Origin: Deltaproteobacteria bacterium
Lineage (GTDB): Bacteria; Desulfobacterota; JAFDED01
Direction of reading: 5' to 3'
Length of the DNA: 64,000 nucleotides
NCBI GenBank assembly: GCA_019310535.1
Contig: JAFDED010000009.1
Location: forward strand, 65,621-129,620
The notes beneath the pieces are model-generated. The model saw only the letters and a list, made by a program, of their open reading frames with translations, was not told the DNA's origin and did not search any database. Both the position numbers and the translations under genes were made by a program. Below, in pieces: positions 1 through 8,736 of this stretch; position 1 is the stretch's first letter; every line of letters begins with the position of its first letter.

Positions 1-70
1 AGCGGCAGGAGGCTTTACTCAGCATACAATGACGCCGGTGTGGTAAATTCAAGGAGACTGAAACCACCTC

Positions 71-120
71 TTGCCGCCGCGCAGCCTGGACAATACATTG
101 TCCGGGCCACCCGCAGGATC
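71..120 (+). repeat. Hairpin repeat family A, copy 1 (TTGCCGCCGCGCAGCCTGGACAATACATTGTCCGGGCCACCCGCAGGATC)
   Basis: Same about 45-nt sequence recurs at 31343-31388 and 47258-47311. It contains the inverted repeat CC(T/C)GGACAA / TTGTCCGGG. Intergenic. Confidence 0.8.
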
Positions 121-258
121 ATAGAAATAAACTTACGATTACTTCCCTTTATGTCTCAAGGGTGATCAATTTCGCCTGCAATTGCACGCGAGTGATGAAG
201 AGGGTCGATGCCTTGCCCTGTGTACGAAAAAGTACCGTAAGATCAAGGAGGTTGAACA

Positions 259-1047
259 ATGTTGAATGTGAATGAGCTGAACACCCAGGCCGTTGAGATC
301 GAGAGCGTACTGCGTATGAAAACAAAACCCCTTGCCGTCAAAATGCTGGAGAAGGAGGAGGATATTCCGCGAGGCGCCAAAAGGCCGATTAAAGATCTTG
401 GCTGCCACCTTTCCCTCTGCCAGGCGGTCTCTCTGGCCCGGCGACAGGGCATGTCCATCGCCGAGCTCAAAGAGGACATGTGGTGCTTTGAGCCGGTCCT
501 GGGGCTGGGCATGGCGGAAGCCCCGGAGTATTTTCTGGAAGGCCACAACCGGTATCCCGGAACAGCCAGTACACTGGAGGCTGGCCGTAACTGGGCGCAG
601 GCGTTTCCACGCCTTGAAGCGGGCAAGTACATCGGGATCGCGGTCGCCCCACTGGCCTCGGCCGATTTTGTGCCGGATCTGTTTATCCTGTACACGGATA
701 GCTCTCAGTTGACCCAGTTGCTCATTGCGAAGAACTGGATGGACGGCCGGGACATCACGTCCACCCTGTCCGGCCATGCTGCGTGCGTGTATACCATTGC
801 GCCGGTGCTCAAGAGCGGACAGTTTCAGGTTGCAGTGCCCTGCTTCGGAGATCGAAGGAGAGGAATGGCTTCGGACGAGGAGATCATCTTTTCCGGCCCC
901 TGCACACTACTGGGCGGACTTCTGGCAGGGCTCAAGCATATAAAAGAGGCCGGCGAGGGACTCCCCTTGCCTCACCTGATGCTCACGGAGTACAAACTGC
1001 GGGATTCCTATGTCAAAATCGGAAAAATGATCGGTATGGATCTTTGA
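259..1047 (+). CDS. DUF169 family protein
   Basis: 262-aa ORF with SD AAGGAGG (245-251) 7 nt before the ATG. The PLAVKML..EDIP, CQAV and AVAPL..ADF.PDL patterns match my recollection of DUF169. Not searched. Confidence 0.65.
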   Translation: MLNVNELNTQAVEIESVLRMKTKPLAVKMLEKEEDIPRGAKRPIKDLGCHLSLCQAVSLARRQGMSIAELKEDMWCFEPVLGLGMAEAPEYFLEGHNRYPGTASTLEAGRNWAQAFPRLEAGKYIGIAVAPLASADFVPDLFILYTDSSQLTQLLIAKNWMDGRDITSTLSGHAACVYTIAPVLKSGQFQVAVPCFGDRRRGMASDEEIIFSGPCTLLGGLLAGLKHIKEAGEGLPLPHLMLTEYKLRDSYVKIGKMIGMDL

Positions 1048-1104
1048 GGATCGCTTCACTGTTTTTTTTGGATTATCCCGGGGGTGCACCGTGGTGATAT
1101 CCCT

Positions 1105-1138
1105 GATCAATATGTTGCTGATCAACGTGGATGATTCT
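1105..1138 (+). repeat. Partial copy of modular intergenic repeat B (GATCAATATGTTGCTGATCAACGTGGATGATTCT)
   Basis: Matches 38190-38222 (+) and the reverse complement of 47821-47853. Lies between two CDSs. Confidence 0.7.
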
Positions 1139-1221
1139 CTTGTTTCTTGGACGTTTCGCATGGACCCTCTTCTGTTTCCGACACGTACCAAGGGTCGGGC
1201 AATCTTCTGGAGGACAACACC

Positions 1222-1917
1222 ATGGTTCACGGAGAACTGCTTCTTACCGTTGAGTCTCGAGCGGGAAGACAGGAACTGGTTTTCCCCGTGCAGCGCCTCG
1301 TGTGCGCCGGGTGGGTCGGCAGGGACAGGAAGGCCTTGCAGGCCCATATCGACGAACTGGCCCAACACGGAATCCCCGGGCCCACGCGCACGCCGATTTA
1401 CATGAACTTCTCTCCCTATCTGGCCGCCACCACGGAGGCCATCGACGTGGTGAGCGGAGAATCGTCGGGCGAGGTGGAATTCGTCGTCCTTAAAAAGGAT
1501 GACCGCACGTACATCGGGGTCGGCAGCGACCACACCGACAGGGGATTCGAGAAGTTCGGAATCCCCGCCTCAAAGCAGATGTACATGAAGGTCATGGCAC
1601 CCGTGGTCTGGTCTTACAGGGAGGTCAGGGACCACTGGGACAGCCTCATCCTTCGCTCCTGGACGACCGAAGAGGGCAAGCGCATGCTTTACCAGGAGGA
1701 TGCGCTGGCGGCCATCCTGGATGTGGAATGCCTGCTGGAGGGGCTGCCGAAGGACGACGGGCTTCCCATGGATGGACTGGTCCTGTTTTCCGGAACGGTG
1801 GCCACCAAGATGGGCCTGGTGTACGGCGAAATGTTCGAGTTCGAGATAGAGGACCCCGCATTGCGCCGCAAGATCAGACATGGGTATCGCGTCCGGGTGC
1901 TCCCGCAATACCTGTAA
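1222..1917 (+). CDS. DUF2848 domain protein (FAH-like fold suspected)
   Basis: The ORF track gives 1147-1917; I prefer the ATG at 1222 (MVHGELLL). The motifs GWVGRD, SGEVEFVV, GVGSDHTDR and SKQMY fit my recollection of DUF2848. Confidence 0.55.
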   Translation: MVHGELLLTVESRAGRQELVFPVQRLVCAGWVGRDRKALQAHIDELAQHGIPGPTRTPIYMNFSPYLAATTEAIDVVSGESSGEVEFVVLKKDDRTYIGVGSDHTDRGFEKFGIPASKQMYMKVMAPVVWSYREVRDHWDSLILRSWTTEEGKRMLYQEDALAAILDVECLLEGLPKDDGLPMDGLVLFSGTVATKMGLVYGEMFEFEIEDPALRRKIRHGYRVRVLPQYL

Positions 1918-2055
1918 GAGATACGGAGCATTCAGGGGACAGCGCCGCTCATTTCAGATCCATGGAATGAGTCCGCCGGGCATAATTCGGTCTGCGACTG
2001 CATCCCGCGTTCCGGATGTTTTCACGGACAGTATCAATGCAAGGAAGGACCGCTT

Positions 2056-3633
2056 ATGTACTGGGAACATATGACCACCGACGTACTGGTGATCGGGTCC
2101 GGGGGCGCCGGCCTCCGGGCCGCCATAGCCGCGGCTGAAAAAGGACTCAGGGTTCTCGTCATTTCCAAGACCGCCATCGGGCGCGGGAACTGCACGGCTT
2201 ATTCCAACGGCAACTTCGCGGTGGCCGTGGAGGGGCTCTCACGTGAAGAGCTGCGCGGGCAGATTTTCGAGTCCGGCTGTAATCTTTGCGAACCGGGGCT
2301 GGTGGATGTCCTGGTTGAGGAAGGCGAGCGGAGGGTGGAGGAGCTGGCGCGGATGGGGCTGCCCGTGATCCGCTACCAGGGCAACATTTCCGCGGTCCGG
2401 GACCGCCAGCCGTTCTTCGGACTGGACATCACCACCTGCCTGGCGAATCGGGCCCGGGAACTGGGGGTCGAGATGCTCCCGGGAGTCCTGGCTATTGATC
2501 TGGCCGCCGGGGGAGGCCGCGCGGAGGGAGCCTGGGCGTTCGACCTGAGACGGCGCCGCGGGTTGGCCTTCAGGGCCGGTGCAGTGGTATTGGCCGCGGG
2601 GGGCGGCGGCGCCCTCTACCAGCGGCATGACAATCCACCGGCCATGACAGGCGACGGGTTGGCCATGGCTCTCCGCGCAGGAGTCACCCTGCGGGACATG
2701 GAGTTCGTACAGTTTTATCCCCTGGTGATCGCCGGGGAAGGAGTCTTCCCCTATATCGTGCCGCCTCTCATTGCCGAAAAAGCGCGGCTGGTCAACGATT
2801 CGGGTGAGGACATTCCCGGCAAGCACGGCATAACCCGCAGGCCGCTGGCTGTGCGCTCCCGGGACGAGTTGGCCAGGGCCCTGTTCCTGGAAAACCGCGA
2901 TGCCGGGGGCCGGGTGAATACCTTCCTGGATCTGCGGGGATTGCGCGAAGAAGACTGGCCGGAGGACCTCTCGTGCCGGGCCATGAAGCCGATTCTTGAG
3001 GGAAAACTGGACTGCTCGAGAAAAATGGTGGCGATCTCCCCGGCCTGCCACTTCTTCATGGGCGGGGTGGCCGTCGATGAGCGATGCCGTACGGACCTGG
3101 AAGGGCTGTTCGCAGCCGGAGAGGTGGCCGGCGGCCTGCACGGGGCGAATCGGCGGGGAGGCGGCGCACTGACCGAAGCCGTTGTGTTCGGGGCGCGGGC
3201 GGGCGAGGAGGCTGCATACCATGCCGCGGGCCGTCCGGTTGGGAAGTCGCGGCTGCCGTCTCCGGGGAAAAGGGACAAATGGATGGGTCAAGAACGGGTG
3301 GCCGATATCCGCCGCAAGCTGGCCGAATGCCTGTCCGATTATATGGGAATCATCCGCGACGGGGCGAAACTGGCCGGGGCCGCCGGACGGCTGGATGAGC
3401 TGCGAGACGAATTCGAGCGCACACCGTGTGCAGATCAGGCTAATCCCCGGCCCGCCGTGGAATTGAACAACGGACTGGGCGTGGCGACAATGATAGCCAA
3501 GGCGGCGCAGCGCCGCGAGGAGAGCCGCGGGGCGCATTTCCGCGAGGATCATCCCCTGCGTGATGATACGAAATGGATGGGCAGCCTCTTTCTGAAAAAG
3601 CGGGAGGACAACAGTTCAAACAGTCTTCAATAG
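2056..3633 (+). CDS. FAD-binding oxidoreductase, L-aspartate oxidase / fumarate reductase flavoprotein family
   Basis: 525 aa. N-terminal dinucleotide fold DVLVIGSGGAGLRAA, plus CHFFMGGV and ESRGAHFREDHP motifs typical of NadB/FrdA/SdhA flavoproteins. SD AAGGAAGGA lies upstream of the ATG. Confidence 0.8.
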   Translation: MYWEHMTTDVLVIGSGGAGLRAAIAAAEKGLRVLVISKTAIGRGNCTAYSNGNFAVAVEGLSREELRGQIFESGCNLCEPGLVDVLVEEGERRVEELARMGLPVIRYQGNISAVRDRQPFFGLDITTCLANRARELGVEMLPGVLAIDLAAGGGRAEGAWAFDLRRRRGLAFRAGAVVLAAGGGGALYQRHDNPPAMTGDGLAMALRAGVTLRDMEFVQFYPLVIAGEGVFPYIVPPLIAEKARLVNDSGEDIPGKHGITRRPLAVRSRDELARALFLENRDAGGRVNTFLDLRGLREEDWPEDLSCRAMKPILEGKLDCSRKMVAISPACHFFMGGVAVDERCRTDLEGLFAAGEVAGGLHGANRRGGGALTEAVVFGARAGEEAAYHAAGRPVGKSRLPSPGKRDKWMGQERVADIRRKLAECLSDYMGIIRDGAKLAGAAGRLDELRDEFERTPCADQANPRPAVELNNGLGVATMIAKAAQRREESRGAHFREDHPLRDDTKWMGSLFLKKREDNSSNSLQ

Positions 3634-3755
3634 CCTTTGAATTCAAGAGCCTGACTGAAAGCACCTGAAGCCGCCCTGTCCTTTGTTGACCATTGTCGAC
3701 CTCCCGCGGGTGAGACCGTTCATGACGGGTATTTCCCCCCGGCTAATGCTTTGTC

Positions 3756-5333
3756 TCAAGGTTTTTGCCATTCGGACCGGGCCATGAAATTACATCCTTT
3801 CACCAGCTTGAAGGTGATCTCCATCTTGTTCGGGTTTATCCGATCATGGACCCAATTCTTTGCCTTCACTATTTTGAGCTTCCCGGGCTCCATGGCCAGG
3901 TACAGGCGCGCCTTCTCCACGCTACGCGCCCCTCCCAGGCCGTAGTCCCTGTCGATATTCTTCTGAATCGCTATCACTGCGACGCCGTTTTTCAGCCTGT
4001 CGTACATTTGCTTGATCCACGCCCCCACTTTGTAAAATTCGTCGTGCACTTCCAGAAAATCGATGACGTTGACGGCATCGGGGCGGATCACGTCGGCGAA
4101 GTCGGAGCTCCGTTCCCATGCGTGGAATCTCCAGCTCTCTATCGGCATATCGAATTTAGCCAGGCGTCCCCTCAGTTCGCTTGCGCCCATTTCCGATGAA
4201 AAGTAATGAATCTCGTGCCCGGCCATGTTCAAATTAACGAAATTAAGCAGGAAGGCGGTCTTGCCGGAATCGCTTTCGCCCGCGACGACGATGATGTTCT
4301 TCGGAAGGGTCCGGAAAAAGCGTTCAATGCCGAACGGCCATTGCAGTTTGATTTCCTTCTCCGCCGTGTTCACAAAATCCACCTTTGCCGTTTCTTTATC
4401 GACCAGGCGGTAATGGCCGCGTTTATTCCCCGCGCGTTCTATCAGTCCTTCTTGGCATAGCGTATTCAATATTTTCGCGCGGTTGTTTGCATCGATTCTG
4501 GTAAGCAATGAAAGTTCTCGATCAAGTTGAGCAGTCGAAAAAACGCCCGGGGCCTCCAGCACCCATGCCCTAATCTCACTTGCTATATTTCTTTCTTTCT
4601 TATTAATTCTTTCTTTAGCACTTGCTATTTTTATATGAACGTCTTTCTCAGGGTATGCCGGCGAACAATTTTTCGCCAGAAATTTCAAGACCGCTTCGGC
4701 CTCCGATGCAGGCATACCGCCCTTTAACAGGCAGTTGGCTATGTGAAAAAGGGTCTCATCCCGGTGGCCTTTCTCGAACGAGATGCTTACTTTTGCTGAC
4801 TCGTTGCTTACTTTTGCTTTCTCTTGCTTACTTTGCTTACCAATAGCTTCCAGATATGCTCCGGGCAATTCGGGCAAAGGCACCTCGAAGATGCTCAGCC
4901 CGCGCATCCAGGTATAATTTTTGCCGTTCCCGCTCCCGCTGGGCGGTGCGATGATGTAACCGCCGTTGGCTCTCAGATCGCATCCGGGGATCACCCGGGT
5001 GTTATTCCCCAGGCCGTCCGGACAGCGGAAATAATGATGCATCCCGCCCCCTGGAGTCAGAGCCGTGGGGCCAATCGCATCAAGCGGAATGAGCCTATTA
5101 AGTTCTTTTGCGCCTTCCGCTGAGTCTATGTCCACCACGGCCAGGTCGCTGATCTTTCCCGTTACGAGGCCGATAAGGGCGTTGGGCCATTTTCGCCACC
5201 ATCTTTGGATTTCCCCGTGGCTTGCTTTTTCCTTCTGGTACTTTTCCCAGCGAATAAACGGCCTTTTATCCGGCCTGATGGGAATCACCGAAAATCCTTT
5301 TTTTAAATAGTCTAAAGCAGCTTCAACGAGCAT
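3756..5333 (-). CDS. Bifunctional DNA primase/polymerase (Prim-Pol) fused to wHTH and a DnaB/RecA-like P-loop ATPase
   Basis: 525 aa. Prim-Pol motifs: FSVIPIRPDKRP, VVDID, PGGGMHHYF, RANGGYIIAPPS. Central wHTH-like segment. Walker A GESDSGKT, followed by a RecA-like core. Confidence 0.8.
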   Translation of the reverse strand: MLVEAALDYLKKGFSVIPIRPDKRPFIRWEKYQKEKASHGEIQRWWRKWPNALIGLVTGKISDLAVVDIDSAEGAKELNRLIPLDAIGPTALTPGGGMHHYFRCPDGLGNNTRVIPGCDLRANGGYIIAPPSGSGNGKNYTWMRGLSIFEVPLPELPGAYLEAIGKQSKQEKAKVSNESAKVSISFEKGHRDETLFHIANCLLKGGMPASEAEAVLKFLAKNCSPAYPEKDVHIKIASAKERINKKERNIASEIRAWVLEAPGVFSTAQLDRELSLLTRIDANNRAKILNTLCQEGLIERAGNKRGHYRLVDKETAKVDFVNTAEKEIKLQWPFGIERFFRTLPKNIIVVAGESDSGKTAFLLNFVNLNMAGHEIHYFSSEMGASELRGRLAKFDMPIESWRFHAWERSSDFADVIRPDAVNVIDFLEVHDEFYKVGAWIKQMYDRLKNGVAVIAIQKNIDRDYGLGGARSVEKARLYLAMEPGKLKIVKAKNWVHDRINPNKMEITFKLVKGCNFMARSEWQKP

Positions 5334-5510
5334 TGAAACACCTCTCCAGAGCAGCCGGTGTTATTTGTCGGCACAGCCGGTCAATTCACCTGCCTTTTTC
5401 CCGGAACATGTGCAAATCAAGGCGGTCGAGCCACAACGAGACACGGCGGCTCCACGGCCAACCCGCAATTTCCAGCCCCGTCAGGAGGAAATAACGCAGA
5501 ATTCCCACCA

Positions 5511-5666
5511 TCAAACCGGACATGATCGCCGGCTCCTGTTGCATATTCGATACGTCTGAATCAGTGTCCGCCCGCCTCCCGCTTGCGGGAAAGTTTCACT
5601 GTGAAGCGGCTCCAATGTATGGGCGCGTCGAGCCGCGCCCCTGCGTGTTTTTCTCAAGAGTGTCAT
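5511..5666 (-). CDS. Small Arg-rich hypothetical protein (51 aa) of the Prim-Pol island
   Basis: Hand-translated as MTLLRKTRRGAARRAHTLEPLHSETFPQ... A strong SD AAAGGAGG lies 7 nt upstream of the ATG at 5666. Below the ORF-track length cutoff. Confidence 0.3.
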   Translation of the reverse strand: MTLLRKTRRGAARRAHTLEPLHSETFPQAGGGRTLIQTYRICNRSRRSCPV

Positions 5667-5719
5667 GTAGAACCTCCTTTACTTGGCATATATGCCTATG
5701 CCATTATAGTTAAAAAAAA

Positions 5720-6274
5720 TCAGAGTGAATACCGCATAATTTTGCTTACTATCGGCGCAAGCTTGATGATAACGATTGTTTCGACCGGTCCCGCCGGGGA
5801 AACCGGTTTTCCGGTGCTCTTGTCTGTGAACATCAATGCACCGGATGCGTCAAAAGATTCACCGATTTTATCCATGGGGACAACACCACAATCACCCGAG
5901 GGCTCTTCCCCGGGATTGCCTTCCTCTATCTGGATTGCAACGGCCAAAAACATCGGGTCATAATTTTGATACTTCTCATCCAACTGCCTGCGGACAGCGG
6001 CGGCCACATCGCGAATATTCCCGTGGGGATGGCGCAATCTCAACAGCTTCGTAATTACGCCCGCGATTATCACGTCATGAAAGGAATACCTGCGCCGGGA
6101 CCCCCGCCCCCTGACATCAGCGATTGATGGAATCAAAAGACCCTGGGTGTACCAGTATTCAACCGTGGGTTTCGCCAGTCCGAAGATGTTCTGGATATCC
6201 CGGCTTGAGAAAATCTTAGTCCAAACAGCCCTGGAGGGGTATTGCGTTGGTTTTGTTTTGACCTTGGCATACAT
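5720..6274 (-). CDS. MerR-type HTH protein (excisionase/regulator-like) with unknown C-terminal domain
   Basis: FSSRDIQNIFGLAKPTVEYWYTQGLLIPS...RRRYSFHDVI matches the MerR_1 HTH pattern. I prefer the ATG at 6274 (MYAKVK) over the track start at 6328. Confidence 0.55.
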   Translation of the reverse strand: MYAKVKTKPTQYPSRAVWTKIFSSRDIQNIFGLAKPTVEYWYTQGLLIPSIADVRGRGSRRRYSFHDVIIAGVITKLLRLRHPHGNIRDVAAAVRRQLDEKYQNYDPMFLAVAIQIEEGNPGEEPSGDCGVVPMDKIGESFDASGALMFTDKSTGKPVSPAGPVETIVIIKLAPIVSKIMRYSL

Positions 6275-6539
6275 GCCAAATATAATAACACGCCAAAACC
6301 AGGATGTCAAGAAAAAAATTCTACACAAGGAATCGCGCTCTTGTGTGCGATTGACACCTCGACAGGTTATCTGTAAGATGAGAATAATTTATCTGGCCTT
6401 GCAACCATCCAGGGAACACGGAGGACGCTATAGGCTTGGTGAAAGAAATATCCGGCCTCACTCTCTGAAGATGGAGAAGTGGGGTTTTCTTATTGGTCAT
6501 TCTTACACCAGAGTAATTTCTGATATCAGGTATTAAAAA

Positions 6540-7004
6540 GTGAAAAGACCAGAACCAAAAGATTTTAATCTTACTGCTGAAGAAATTGAGCGTTATGAAA
6601 AATTTAAAGATAAATTTTTATGTTTTGATTTTCACCAAACCCCAATGGAGTTTAGAGGCATGGATACGATAAAACGTACATGGGAGCTCCCTGAAGAACC
6701 TCACCCGTTTCTGAAACAGGTGACCATGCGGGTTCTTCGGTCTCGGCGCGATGACGGGGCTGATGTGACGTGCATTCTGGTCCGCTGCCCGGCGGGAGCC
6801 GAGGTCGAGCGGCACGTTCACCCCGGGCAGGACGACCTGATCTATATCGTGGAGGGGAAAGCCACGATGTGGATCGAGGGCGAAGGCGAGTTCTCCCTGA
6901 CGCCGGGGACTTTTGTGGCGGTACCCCGGGGCAAACAGCACCGGACGTTCAATGTGGAGGAGGATCTCCTGATTTACGATACCTTCTCGCCGCCGTTGTT
7001 TTAG
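6540..7004 (+). CDS. Cupin domain protein (N-terminal about 60 aa of different composition)
   Basis: Cupin motifs HVHPGQDDLIYIVEG and PRGKQHRTFN. GTG start at 6540. An alternative ATG at 6726 would give a minimal cupin. Confidence 0.6.
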   Translation: MKRPEPKDFNLTAEEIERYEKFKDKFLCFDFHQTPMEFRGMDTIKRTWELPEEPHPFLKQVTMRVLRSRRDDGADVTCILVRCPAGAEVERHVHPGQDDLIYIVEGKATMWIEGEGEFSLTPGTFVAVPRGKQHRTFNVEEDLLIYDTFSPPLF

Positions 7005-7229
7005 GAGAGGCGGTGGAGAACCGGAGCCCGCCGATAACCAGGTGTCATGCGAAGCTGCGGTCAAACCGGCATGATAATTCAATGGGGGATCGGGATCGGA
7101 AAAATCTCTGCTTGCAGCAGGTTTTAGCTTGACAAGAACGATGGAAAAGTAATATAGCTTATCCTCTCTCCAGGTGTATTCTTCACCGGTTCATCAATCA
7201 TCATCAAAACAGACAGAAGGGGAGCCGAC

Positions 7230-7589
7230 ATGCCCAAACCTGAAAGGGAGTTTACCGATTCCACCATCTTGCCGTGGAGCCCGGTGGAAATGGGAGTGAT
7301 GGAGAAAGTGCTGGCCGAGGACCCGGAGACCGGGGACAAAACCCGCCTCGTCCGCTTCCCGCCCGGTTACGAGGGGCGGGAAGTGAAAATCCACGACTAC
7401 TGGGAGGAGATCTACGTACTGGATGGATATTTTGAGGATATCACGCTCGATTGCAAGTTCCCCGCCGGTTCTTACGCGTGCCGTCCTCCAGGCATGACCC
7501 ACGGCCCCTTTCGCACTCCTCTGGGGTGTACGGCACTGGAAATACTGTATGGCAACAGGAACATCGCCGGCGGCCTGCATACCCGGTGA
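7230..7589 (+). CDS. Cupin domain protein (ChrR-like small cupin)
   Basis: 119 aa. The pattern KTRLVRFPPG...HDYWEEIYVLDG...RPPGMTHGP is typical of single-domain cupins. Confidence 0.6.
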   Translation: MPKPEREFTDSTILPWSPVEMGVMEKVLAEDPETGDKTRLVRFPPGYEGREVKIHDYWEEIYVLDGYFEDITLDCKFPAGSYACRPPGMTHGPFRTPLGCTALEILYGNRNIAGGLHTR

Positions 7590-7749
7590 CCGCCCCCGGG
7601 GTGATGAAATCGGCATCATGGCAGGGCGATGGGATGAAACATGCGAACCGCGATGATAGGTGAAAGGAGGTGGTACAGCAGCCCGGGATACCTGTTTGAT
7701 CGGCGTCATGAGTGTCAGGAATGAGGGTTCAGAAAAGGAGGATGAGACG

Positions 7750-8736
7750 ATGAAATTCAGTTCACGGACAGTAATGGGCATTTTTGCCTGCATGTTGGTT
7801 CTGGTATTTACGGCCGCACCCGCTGCGGCCAGGGTCACCATGAAGGTGGCTCACCCCGGAAGCCCCGAGCATCAGTTCTACTTCCAGGGCGAGCAGTTCA
7901 TGAAGATACTGGAGGAATCGGCTCCCGGTGAGTTCAAGGTGAAGATGTACCCCCACTCCCAGCTGGGCGGGGAGCGGGAGATGGTGGAGCAATGCTCACT
8001 CGGCACGGTGGATATGGTGATCGTCTCCACGGGGACCCCCACCCACTGGGTCAAAGAGATCGGCGCGGTGGACATACCGTATATTTTCAAGAACCGCGAT
8101 CGGGCCTATGCCTCCTTTGAGGGCAAGGTTGGCGACGTGCTGCGTGAGAAAATGCTCAAGCACGGCATGCGGATTTTGTCCTGGAGTGAGGTGGGGATCC
8201 GCCACCTGACCAACAACGTGCGACCCGTGAAGGTGCCGGAAGATACAAAGGGCCTCAAGATCCGCGTCATGGAGAGCGTGGTTTACATCGAGATGCTCAA
8301 GTCATGGGGCGCCGTGGCGACGCCGATGGCGTTCCACGAGCTCTATACCGCGCTCCAGCAGCACGTGGTGGACGGCCAGGAGAATCCCACGCGGACCATC
8401 CGCTCCATGAAGTATTATGAAGTACAGAAGCACCTCTCCTTGACCGGCCACGTGTTTTCGCCGGGCGTGACCATGGTCAATGAAAAATTCTACCAGAAAC
8501 TCCCCGATAAACTCAAGAAGGCTCTGGCAGAGGCCGCCGACAAAGCGGCGAGGGCCGAGCGCAAGTTCGTCGCCGACAATGAAGAAAACGACCTGGAGTT
8601 CCTCAAGTCCCAGGGGATGATCGTGTCCATCCCGGATGTTGAAAAGTTCCGCCAGGCATCCAGGCCGGTTGTGGATATCATGGCCAAGAAGGTGGGTTGG
8701 GACATCATCAAGATGATCCAGTCATACCAGCAATAG
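7750..8736 (+). CDS. dctP: TRAP transporter substrate-binding protein (DctP family)
   Basis: ATG at 7750 preceded by AAAAGGAGGA. Signal peptide MKFSSRTVMGIFACMLVLVFTAAPAAA. DctP-like core ending ...VDGQENP. Confidence 0.85.
   Translation: MKFSSRTVMGIFACMLVLVFTAAPAAARVTMKVAHPGSPEHQFYFQGEQFMKILEESAPGEFKVKMYPHSQLGGEREMVEQCSLGTVDMVIVSTGTPTHWVKEIGAVDIPYIFKNRDRAYASFEGKVGDVLREKMLKHGMRILSWSEVGIRHLTNNVRPVKVPEDTKGLKIRVMESVVYIEMLKSWGAVATPMAFHELYTALQQHVVDGQENPTRTIRSMKYYEVQKHLSLTGHVFSPGVTMVNEKFYQKLPDKLKKALAEAADKAARAERKFVADNEENDLEFLKSQGMIVSIPDVEKFRQASRPVVDIMAKKVGWDIIKMIQSYQQ

Larger units (their letters stand above)
3640..6330. mobile_element. Integrase-less Prim-Pol island (cryptic integrative or satellite-like element remnant); boundaries approximate
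   Basis: Contains a Prim-Pol/ATPase replication gene, small SD-preceded ORFs and a MerR/excisionase-like HTH gene, all on the minus strand. Composition is lower in GC than the flanks by eye. No integrase or att repeats were found. Confidence 0.45.

Noticed and set aside
2239-3552. Long antisense or alternative-frame ORFs inside GC-rich genes. Examples: 2239-3552 (-), 7194-7841 (-), 38260-39192 (+), 40523-41674 (-), 48460-49446 (-), 54273-55187 (-), 55612-56622 (-), 59727-61124 (-), 62139-63824 (-).
   Set aside because: Each lies fully within, and opposite to or out of frame with, an ORF that has clear family motifs. Their products are Pro/Arg/Gly/Ala-rich low-complexity sequence, typical of shadow ORFs in high-GC DNA.
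3634-3755. Searched for a tRNA gene or att-type direct repeats at the borders of the Prim-Pol island (3634-3755 versus 6330-6540).
   Set aside because: No tRNA-like T-arm or acceptor pattern, and no direct repeat of 12 bp or more between the two borders, was found by eye. The element limits therefore remain approximate.
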